Shown in pieces: positions 19,037 through 27,030 of a stretch of DNA of 64,000 nucleotides. Source of the DNA: Candidatus Bathyarchaeia archaeon (GTDB taxonomy: Archaea; Thermoproteota; Bathyarchaeia; 40CM-2-53-6); NCBI GenBank assembly GCA_049513715.1, contig JBEKVV010000008.1, forward strand, positions 1 through 64,000, written 5' to 3'. Within the stretch, counting starts at the first letter, position 1. Every line of letters starts with the position of its first letter. A program made the position numbers and the translations under genes. The notes below the pieces were generated by a model. The model saw only the letters and a program-made list of their open reading frames with translations. It did not search any database and was not told the origin of the DNA.

Positions 19037-19702
19037 GTGGAAGAACGTTCATGGGATCCCTGTCAGTTTTGCTATCAGAGCGAGCTTGAGTACAGCTCGC
19101 CTGACAGTCGCAGCTTCTTACGAGTTCGGAGAGTCTGGTGGACTTTAAGGAAGTACCGATGGTATGCCAGCGTCATCGGCCTGCGCGAATTCAATCGGAG
19201 AATCTTCCCATCGACAAGGTTGGGAAGATTGATCTTTCGAGGAGGAAAGGATAGATCTCGGCCTTCCAAGACTGCTGCTTCCAATATTCCCAATCAGTCA
19301 AATAGTGCACTGGATAGTTGTCACACCCCAGTGGAATCCCCTACTTCCAGCTCCGGCAATTCTACTCTGAACCTGAAAGCCGGCGACTGGGTCCAGGTAA
19401 AGTCTGCGAAAGAAATCTTCGCCACGCTGGATGAGCACGGTAAACACAAGGGGTTGATCTTCAGTCGAGAAATGATGAAATTCTGCGGAAAACGATTCAA
19501 AGTCTTCAAGGCTTTGGACAAGATATGCATAGAAACAACTGGTGAAATCAGAACGATGAAGACGCCGACAGTCATCCTAGAAGGAGTAGTCTGCGACGGA
19601 GAATTTCACGGGGGTTGCACTAGGTCCTCCTTCCATTTCTGGAGGGAGGAATGGCTGCAAAGATCCCACCCACTAGAAGACTCGAAGTCGAAAAATGCAT
19701 GA
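19037..19702 (+). CDS. Cys-rich SH3-like hypothetical protein (copy 2, intact)
   Basis: WDPCQF...LNLKAGDWVQVKSAKEIFATLD...FSREMMKFCGKRFKV...CDGEFHGGCTRSSFHFWREEWL; GTG 19037 follows AAGGAGG. Confidence 0.85.
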   Translation: MEERSWDPCQFCYQSELEYSSPDSRSFLRVRRVWWTLRKYRWYASVIGLREFNRRIFPSTRLGRLIFRGGKDRSRPSKTAASNIPNQSNSALDSCHTPVESPTSSSGNSTLNLKAGDWVQVKSAKEIFATLDEHGKHKGLIFSREMMKFCGKRFKVFKALDKICIETTGEIRTMKTPTVILEGVVCDGEFHGGCTRSSFHFWREEWLQRSHPLEDSKSKNA

Positions 19703-19740
19703 TCATTCTCTTTCTACGCAACGAAACGGGACGGTAATGA

Positions 19741-20685
19741 ATGAGACTGTTGGTGACCGGAGGGGCGGGCTTCATAGGAAGTCACCTGGTCGATCGATTG
19801 ATCGCGGACGGACATGAAGTATGCGTGCTGGACGATTTTTCAACTGGTAAGATGAAGAACCTGTCCGGAGTTATTGGATCCAAGAATCTCAGGATCGTCA
19901 AAGCGGACGTCCGACGAATCCCTAGCTCGCTAGTCAGGACACTGAGAGGAGTTGACGGAGTGTGCCATCTAGCAGCTGTGACGGACGTTCAAGAGTCAAT
20001 CAAGAACCCGATCCTCACAAGTGACATAAACCTGATAGGCACACTGAGAGTGCTCGAAGCTGCGAGAAAGCTCAAAGCCAAACGCGTGGTCTTCGCATCA
20101 TCAGCAGCCGTCTACGGCATGATCAAGCAATTCCCTGTCAGAGAGGATGCGAGTACGGCCCCGATTTCTCCATACGGCGCATCCAAGGCCGCCTCGGAAC
20201 TCTACTGTAGAGCATTTGAAGGGAACTGTGGGATTCAGACGGTTTCATTGAGATACTTCAACGTTTACGGCCCAAGACAACTCCCAGGCCAATACAGTGG
20301 CGTCATCTCCATATTCGCGAGTAGGCTCATCCGAAGGCAACCGCTCAGAATCTTCGGCGACGGCACTCAATCCCGAGACTTCGTATATGTCAACGATGTT
20401 GTAGACGCAACGATTCGAGCATTGCAGAGGACGCTTCGGAGTAGAGTGTTTAACATCGCCAGCGGAACCGAGACAACAATCCAGGAGCTTGCTGAGACTA
20501 TGCAGGGAATTGTCGGGCGACGAGTAGGCGTGAAGTTCCTGCCGTCGCGTTTGGGAGACCCATACCGAGGTGTGGCTGACATCACCAAGGCTCGCAGAGA
20601 GCTGGGATTCAACCCGCGAACTTCTCTGAGAGACGGCCTCTCCGCGACGATCCAATGGTACCAGAACGCTACGGATCAACACTGA
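19741..20685 (+). CDS. NAD-dependent nucleotide-sugar epimerase/dehydratase (GalE-like)
   Basis: TGGAGFIG, FASSAAVYG, YGASK, RYFNVYGPRQ. Confidence 0.95.
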   Translation: MRLLVTGGAGFIGSHLVDRLIADGHEVCVLDDFSTGKMKNLSGVIGSKNLRIVKADVRRIPSSLVRTLRGVDGVCHLAAVTDVQESIKNPILTSDINLIGTLRVLEAARKLKAKRVVFASSAAVYGMIKQFPVREDASTAPISPYGASKAASELYCRAFEGNCGIQTVSLRYFNVYGPRQLPGQYSGVISIFASRLIRRQPLRIFGDGTQSRDFVYVNDVVDATIRALQRTLRSRVFNIASGTETTIQELAETMQGIVGRRVGVKFLPSRLGDPYRGVADITKARRELGFNPRTSLRDGLSATIQWYQNATDQH

Positions 20686-20709
20686 TTGGAGTATCTTCGT
20701 GGTGAGAAG

Positions 20710-21372
20710 GTGAAGGTATCTGCGGTGATTCCAGCGCACAACGAAGCGAGTACTGTTGGGCGCTTAGTTCGTTACTGCAAGCAGTATTGCAGTGAGGTCA
20801 TTGTAGTTGACGACGGAAGCGTCGACGGAACGTGTGCAATCTCAAGGGCTTCCGGTGCGCACGTGATTCGAAACAATTCAAACAAGGGAATCGTGTGGAG
20901 TACTGAGGTTGGCCTTAGATCGGCATCTGGAGACGTGATCATCACGCTAGATGCTGACGGCCAACACGACCCCTCCGAAATACCAGTTTTGGTCCGTCCT
21001 ATCGCGCAGGGACTTGCCGATCTCGTCCTTGGAAAAAGAGAGCATGGGCGTCCCTTTTCAGAGCATGTAATATCAGCACTCACTAGCCTTCGTGTGCGAT
21101 GTGAAGATGTTGGGACAGGCTACAGAGCTTTCCGAAGGGACCTAGCGCACAATATTCGGCTTTGGGGATTCTGTCTCTGCGGGAGCCTTGTACTGGAAGC
21201 GCAGAGGCGGGGAGCCAGAATAGTCGAGGTCCCAATAACAATCAGGCCTAGAAGAGCGGGCGAAAGTCACTGGGCCTCACCTCTTTCGAGAGGAACAGTA
21301 CACTTCAAGCAAGCGATACTCTTGGCATCGCGGCTGATCCTAGAAGGCGAAAATCTGCCTCTCGAATCGTAA
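20710..21372 (+). CDS. GT2 glycosyltransferase (DPM1-like)
   Basis: VIPAHNE, VVDDGSVD, LDADGQHDP. Confidence 0.92.
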   Translation: MKVSAVIPAHNEASTVGRLVRYCKQYCSEVIVVDDGSVDGTCAISRASGAHVIRNNSNKGIVWSTEVGLRSASGDVIITLDADGQHDPSEIPVLVRPIAQGLADLVLGKREHGRPFSEHVISALTSLRVRCEDVGTGYRAFRRDLAHNIRLWGFCLCGSLVLEAQRRGARIVEVPITIRPRRAGESHWASPLSRGTVHFKQAILLASRLILEGENLPLES

Positions 21373-21607
21373 TAGGTTTTTTCCACAGTAGTAAACCATT
21401 CAGCCACTGAAGGGCTCTTGGTGCAGATGTTTGGATAGACTACGGAAGCATCCACTGGTACCGGAAAAGCAGTAGCCCTCATCACGATCATCACAGGCAT
21501 GTTGATGCAATGCTTGTGCTCTGATGTTGCGAAGCAGAATTAATACGTCTGTATTCTACAGGCTGACGGTCATTCGGCGTCCAGAATCCTGAAGCGAACG
21601 CTGCGGA

Positions 21608-23731
21608 TCAACACTGATTGCAGTTGTGTGGGTCGACTAGCAACTGGGATACGGCGCGAGTGGTGCTGTTGAAGGCTACTAGGAGAAATGTTGCAAGAAT
21701 AATGGTGCTCAGAAACTCGCGCTCCACTCCCCCGCCTCTCTGAAGGAGAAGCGCTGTTGTTGCTGGAAGGAAGAGGAGCAGTAGCAAGAATCTCAACCAA
21801 ACATACCCGGCAGGCGTCCAAGCCAACAGTACACCAATCACGAAGATTGCGACAAGCCAGACTACATGAGCATTCCCAACCGCGCTTCCAGCACTTTGCT
21901 TGTAATCTTCAGTCACTGGTATTCGACGAGAGCGCTCGGCCAGCCAGGTTATGCCGAAGGGTGCTGTGAGCTGGAACGGTGTCAGGAAGAGGAGTCGCCA
22001 CAATTCGCTGCTGCTTGCAGTCGGCTGTGTAGGAGTGAAGCCTATTGGAGCCACGAGCACAGATCCTATCGCTGATACGCAGATCCAGGCGAGGATGAGT
22101 CGCCGACGCCAAGGCGCGAGATCCATAGACCAAACAGATAAGACGCCCAAGATGCTGACGGCAAGATATAACGGGCTGAAGAACGGTGCCCAGATCTGAG
22201 TCAGCCGAGTCAAAGCGCCCCAGAAGAAAGTCAGAGTTGACGGATTCCTCATCACGTAACCATATAGCTGAAGCGCGCTGGCAAGGTTCGATCTTGTGCT
22301 TCCTCCTAGAACAACCAAACTTAGCAAGGCAGCGAACAAATCTATCACAATCACTGAAACAAGCGTAGCCGCCCCACGCAAACCTCTCCGTCTTTCTTGA
22401 AACAAAGCTACAATGGCAGCCAGTAAGACGGTTGCAGCGAATACTCCCCAAGTCCACGGGTGAATGAACAGAAGGAGGGTCGACAGCGCAAGCAGAACGA
22501 TCAGATCAATGATCCTGAATCCCTCATCACCCCTGAATGCTACGTAGGCGAAGAAGACCACCCAAACGAGGAGAGCCATCCAGTTTGCAAGTATACTTGC
22601 ATAGAACCCGACCGTTGTTGTCACCGACAGTACTGATAGTGCAAAGACGAGTAGGCCGAGGCTAATGCCCTTCTTACGACCAAGAAACCACCACATTGCC
22701 AAGCCCAACGTCACTGCGAGGAAGAGCGGCGTCAGTCTCACCACTTCGAAAGCCGTTGATTGAAAGATCAATTGCACAGCATACATCAAGGCCAACGACA
22801 TGGGATGCCATTCACCTAGTGCCTGAACAAACCCACCGAAGATTCCCATCGCGTTCATCCGAAGAAGTGGGTAGTAGTATCTCCAATTTGCGTCAGTCCC
22901 AACAAGCCATGGCGGATTTTGAAAGTACGGATAGTAACCTATGAAAACAGCAAGCGCGAGCGCCAAGAGTATTCTCGGATCGAGCAAGCTCGTGAAACGA
23001 TTTTCGTGTAACGATTGAAGGGGCAGATTCTGATTGGTGCTGGTGATGTCTGGATTTCGTGCAATGAGTTTCTTTGGAAGCAATCGTCGAACTAGTGGAA
23101 CCCAAGCCCACGAGAAGAGGAAGGCAACATAGAGTAGAGGAATCAGGGCGTAGGGCGCATAGGAGAGCTGCAACTCGATTCCTGCATCCACACCCCCTAT
23201 CTGCGTCCCTTGATCGAAGGATTGCAGGACATAGTGTATTGCTGATGAGCTTTCGATAGCCGCTAAGCTGCCCAGGAGGTAAATGAGAAGTCTCGATGCC
23301 AAAGCATTGCGCGATGGTCCAAGAGTAGGCTTGGATCCGGCGATTAGAGGAACGAGCTCTGCGGTGCCAACAATGAAAAGCATGTAGACGCCAATCTTGC
23401 CGAGGAAGCCGTTCCCTACGGTCACTATCATTACTGTGCTCAGAACTATTGCTAGAATGGCTAGGCTGACTTGGGCGACTCTCCTCTGACGACCACTCGA
23501 GAACCATATCGCTAGAATGGATAGACAGGCAACTGAGGCCACCCAAACAAGAACGTCAATGCGAGGATCCACGAGTATGATATCGATTTTCCTGGGATAA
23601 TAGAAGAAAAAGCCCAATCCCAACGCATTCAAGATCGCAACTGTGCCGAAAAGAAAATGCAACGCGAAAGCGTATGCAAGAAAATGCGACGCCCACTCAA
23701 TAGCGCGAGCCTTCCACGTCGCCCCGTTCAT
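21608..23731 (-). CDS. Large polytopic membrane protein, possibly GT-C-like
   Basis: More than 15 hydrophobic segments; loop LVGTDANWRYY; FIHPWTW; start uncertain. Confidence 0.65.
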   Translation of the reverse strand: MNGATWKARAIEWASHFLAYAFALHFLFGTVAILNALGLGFFFYYPRKIDIILVDPRIDVLVWVASVACLSILAIWFSSGRQRRVAQVSLAILAIVLSTVMIVTVGNGFLGKIGVYMLFIVGTAELVPLIAGSKPTLGPSRNALASRLLIYLLGSLAAIESSSAIHYVLQSFDQGTQIGGVDAGIELQLSYAPYALIPLLYVAFLFSWAWVPLVRRLLPKKLIARNPDITSTNQNLPLQSLHENRFTSLLDPRILLALALAVFIGYYPYFQNPPWLVGTDANWRYYYPLLRMNAMGIFGGFVQALGEWHPMSLALMYAVQLIFQSTAFEVVRLTPLFLAVTLGLAMWWFLGRKKGISLGLLVFALSVLSVTTTVGFYASILANWMALLVWVVFFAYVAFRGDEGFRIIDLIVLLALSTLLLFIHPWTWGVFAATVLLAAIVALFQERRRGLRGAATLVSVIVIDLFAALLSLVVLGGSTRSNLASALQLYGYVMRNPSTLTFFWGALTRLTQIWAPFFSPLYLAVSILGVLSVWSMDLAPWRRRLILAWICVSAIGSVLVAPIGFTPTQPTASSSELWRLLFLTPFQLTAPFGITWLAERSRRIPVTEDYKQSAGSAVGNAHVVWLVAIFVIGVLLAWTPAGYVWLRFLLLLLFLPATTALLLQRGGGVEREFLSTIILATFLLVAFNSTTRAVSQLLVDPHNCNQC

Positions 23732-24046
23732 AGCAATCACGCCTCCTGAAACCTGTTCTGGGAGATACGGCTCTTGGCTTTTTGCAGTAAGATCCACTTG
23801 AGGATACCTGTCATGAGTCGGTTTCGAGTCTTTTACTAATGTGCGCAGATATTGCAGCTTTAGCCGCATCAGCACCGTGAAATGGACACGTTTTGGCAAT
23901 TTCAGATCCATCGTTGTTGAGGCATCGTTCTGACAAGCCCAGCTTGGCAATTTCGCTTGGAAGATATGTCAAAGGACCTGTCAGAAACCTAAACGCCCCG
24001 AAGCAGAACTCGAAGTCACGTCTACTCGTCCGAATCTATCTTCTTC

Positions 24047-24121
24047 TTAGACGGAATCGAGATGGACAATCTCCATAGCGATCACGTAAACCCAGCACAG
24101 CAGGGAGAATGATGAAAGTAC
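24047..24121 (-). pseudogene. Degraded copy of the small two-TM family
   Basis: Hand translation VLSSFSLLCWVYVIAMEIVHLDSV* aligns with VVSFFSLLCWAYSVAMQLVNPEAVY of 61557; flanked by stops. Confidence 0.7.
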
Positions 24122-24189
24122 TCAGTCGGCCAAAAGAGCATGATGTTGTCCTTGCTGGGAATAGCAGGCACATTTCTTGTTTTGTGGAT

Positions 24190-24801
24190 TCAGCGTTTGA
24201 CGGTTGGCAGTAGGATCCACTTGAGCATAGTTGTCGCGAACCTTAGTCTGTGTCCAAAGTATTTTCCGAGCAAATCAATATCTTCCTGTTTCACGGCTTT
24301 GAGGATGCGCAGTGCCGTGAGGTATGTGACTGCGCCGATCACTATGTACAGTGGGAGAAGGTATGCGCTGTAGAATGGGATCTGAACTACCATAACAATA
24401 GCCGCCATGATAGCGCCAGCAGCTAGGGTTTTGGACATCATTCCAAGGTCGAGCCTCAAACTCAGCTTCTTCCTGAGAAAGAGAATGGTCAAGGTTGTGG
24501 TTGTAATCATTCGGAGCGCCCGAGCCGTGGAGGCGCCGAGCATTCCCCAAGTGGGGACGAGCAGGAGAGCGGTCGTTATGCTCAGGATCACGGATCCCGC
24601 TGTAATCGCTGAGGCCACTCGCGTGTGTGCAAGAGCCAAGAGCATTGGACTCAGCACTATTCCAATCACAGTGACCCCAAAGACACCTGACAATATCATT
24701 AGCGGGTTCGAACCCGTCACGTAGGCTCGCCCCACAAAAAGCGATAAGGCGGGTTTAGCCGTTGCGAAAAGCCCCAACGCCAAAGGAGCCACGGCGAGGG
24801 C
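24190..24801 (-). pseudogene. 5'-truncated Wzx/MATE-like flippase (C-terminal ~200 aa)
   Basis: PLALGLFATAKPALSLFVG.AY...WGMLGASTARAL...; in-frame stop at 24802-24804; full-length paralog at 62393. Confidence 0.75.
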
Positions 24802-24913
24802 TCACTGCGGTCTTTGTCTTGAATCAACTGCTCTCAAGATGCCTGTGAGGAATTGTTCTGGAAGGGGCTTTTTGACCATCTGGCAGTTTCAGTCCGAAGT
24901 TTTATTGGCAGGT

Positions 24914-25216
24914 ATGGTTGATGACTTGGCGCGTCGGGGGACGCGGCACTTGGTTTCAAAAGCGTGGCTGATTTTTTGTGAGGCATTTGGTCTAACGATT
25001 TTCATATTTGGGCTCTTGGTTTGGGGATATGTTGTTGTCATTCAGGTAACTCACCCATGTTGGCTGACAGACACCCTTAGTCACCATGCCTTTCCACTTT
25101 TGAACTGGCGAGTAGACGACGTGGGGATGATAGGTTTCGCTATTGCGCCGCTGGGTTTCTTGATGTGGTATCTCAGCTGCGCCTATTCACAAAACTCAAG
25201 ACGTGAAAAGAAATGA
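24914..25216 (+). CDS. Small two-TM membrane protein (window family copy 2)
   Basis: FGLLVWGYVVVIQVTHPCW...WRVDDVGMIGF; start uncertain. Confidence 0.75.
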   Translation: MVDDLARRGTRHLVSKAWLIFCEAFGLTIFIFGLLVWGYVVVIQVTHPCWLTDTLSHHAFPLLNWRVDDVGMIGFAIAPLGFLMWYLSCAYSQNSRREKK

Positions 25217-25436
25217 CTTTCTACACAACGAGTGTGATCTGACTCGCCTTCAAGATGCTGAGCTGTTCATGAAGAGCGCATTCATGGCAATCCACTATCG
25301 CGAAGCGTCTTGCACCACTTATGACCTATGCACTGTTTAGTCGATACGGCAGTGCTCATAGTAGTTGATTTGAGGGTTGAGCTTGTTGTGGTTGAAGTTG
25401 GGAGGTTCTGGGTCACCGTAATTGGGAGGTTTTGCG

Positions 25437-26621
25437 TCACCGTCTGCGTTTGACGACGAGGTACGATGTGCTATTACTTGTCGTTGTGATTGCTGTTGTG
25501 ATGGTTGAGCTTGTCGTGGTCGAAGAACTTGTTGATGTTGAACTTGTAGTAGTTGAACTTGTTGCTGAAGAGGACGTCTGAGTTGTCGAAGACGATGTAG
25601 TTGTCGTTGTGATCGTTGAGCTTGTTGTAGTCGACGTTGTTGAGTAAGATGTGGTTGTTGGAGAAGTCGTAGTTGAACTTGGTAAGGTGTTGGATATTTC
25701 TAAGTCGTCAACCCAAATCTGGTAAGGTGAGAACGTATCATATTGCGTGTTATAGTAGATCTTCGCTGGCGTGGTGAACCATTCTTCAGGGCTACTTGTT
25801 GCTTTGGTTTGAAGTCCACTCTTATCTAGGACTAGAGTTCCGTCAATCCAGATTTTGAGTATGCCATTGGTTGGGTCTCTCAGGACGTAGTATTGGGCTT
25901 GGAACCATCTACCTCGGGGCAGCGGAAAGTTCTGGTAGGCCCCCAGCGGATGCTGGACATCGTTCAAATCGTTCCAGGTAACTGCCACCACAAACGGAAT
26001 CGACGGGGACGGGGATGTTGCTTGACATACGTCAACCGCGGAATAAGGTCTTGTGTAGGGAGACTGCGCCGTCCAAAAGGGGTTGAAGAACTCAAATGAG
26101 TTCCAGCCGTTTGGCGACCCGACTCCATGGGTTTGCCAATCTGCTGGCAAGTACAGCCACACAGAAAGAAACATTTCGTCCCCAACCAGCTCCTTGAGAC
26201 CGTCAATGTTGAACTCGTCACGCCTAGACTTGCTTGCGTCAAATAGTTCCATTCCAAGGCAGCGTGTGCCACTGTGACAAGTAAAACCTGGCGTTTTCTT
26301 GTCTAATCCCTCCATCCACGCCGTTGCTCCCCCGGGTTGAACATAGTTTCCATACACAAGCGAATTTGGAATCCCCATGTTGAGTCCATTATCGTTATGT
26401 GGTTCAGGGTATTTCAGAGTCACATTCTCGAAGTCTGTACGATAAATTGGACTCGGCGGGCCAGCGTTGACTTGAAAAGGAGAAGCATATGCTGCTGCGA
26501 GTTGGCTAGCGAATACAACTGTGAGCATTAGGACAATTGGCACTATTCTCCGAGAAAGGAATCTCGTCCTTTTGCCTGATACACCCAATAGAAGCTGACG
26601 CGCCGATTTTCTATAAAACAT
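25437..26621 (-). CDS. Secreted ConA-like/polysaccharide-lyase-like protein with Thr/Ser stalk; C-terminus probably truncated
   Basis: Signal peptide; SVWLYLPADW, PRGRWF, NGILKIWIDG, IWVDDLEI jelly-roll motifs; no anchor. Confidence 0.7.
   Translation of the reverse strand: MFYRKSARQLLLGVSGKRTRFLSRRIVPIVLMLTVVFASQLAAAYASPFQVNAGPPSPIYRTDFENVTLKYPEPHNDNGLNMGIPNSLVYGNYVQPGGATAWMEGLDKKTPGFTCHSGTRCLGMELFDASKSRRDEFNIDGLKELVGDEMFLSVWLYLPADWQTHGVGSPNGWNSFEFFNPFWTAQSPYTRPYSAVDVCQATSPSPSIPFVVAVTWNDLNDVQHPLGAYQNFPLPRGRWFQAQYYVLRDPTNGILKIWIDGTLVLDKSGLQTKATSSPEEWFTTPAKIYYNTQYDTFSPYQIWVDDLEISNTLPSSTTTSPTTTSYSTTSTTTSSTITTTTTSSSTTQTSSSATSSTTTSSTSTSSSTTTSSTITTAITTTSNSTSYLVVKRRR
26260..26556. repeat. 297-bp exact direct repeat, copy 1 (copy 2 at 29359-29655)
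   Basis: Base-by-base identical from CAGCGTGTGCC to CTCCGAGAA; offset 3099. Confidence 0.95.
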
Positions 26622-26741
26622 GGCTCGCACATTGGGTATGAATGTTTTCGAGTAGGAGCCATCAAACTGGTGTAACTCCCGAATTCGATTCCGAGTTACA
26701 CTGTTTTCGTGACTTGACAGAGTGTGGAATGGCATAGCAAC

Positions 26742-26855
26742 GTTCCGTTATTGGAACATGCATGTGCCAATATAACGCTGATGTTTGTATTATATATAAT
26801 ATATTGGTTTTTGGTGTGCTAATGTTCCGATATTAGGGCGTCTGGGTTCCAATAT
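26742..26855. promoter_or_regulatory. Cluster of GTTCCRATAT-like motifs around an AT palindrome
   Basis: Motifs at 26742, 26747-26757 (minus strand), 26764, 26824 and 26846; perfect palindrome TATTATATATAATA at 26788-26801. Confidence 0.55.
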
Positions 26856-27030
26856 CCAAGAAACGATAACGCTCAGGATTAGAGGCATCGCTTGAGGGGA
26901 CAGCTGCGTCGCACAGTCAAACAAAACGTCCCAGTTGGTACCACCGTCTCATCTGTGAATCGACAGCACAGATATTACAGATGTGCCCCCTGACATTCCT
27001 CCTAGAAAAAGGTGCATCAAACAGGAGGGG

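Noticed and set aside
25470..25690. Thr/Ser-coding low-complexity tracts (also about 12050-12310 and 58185-58300) as tandem-repeat loci
   Set aside because: Codon-diverse linker sequence, not exact nucleotide repeats.
26742..26855. Chromosomal replication origin (ORB elements)
   Set aside because: The motifs lack the TCCA.TGGAAA plus G-string consensus and there is no orc1/cdc6 nearby.
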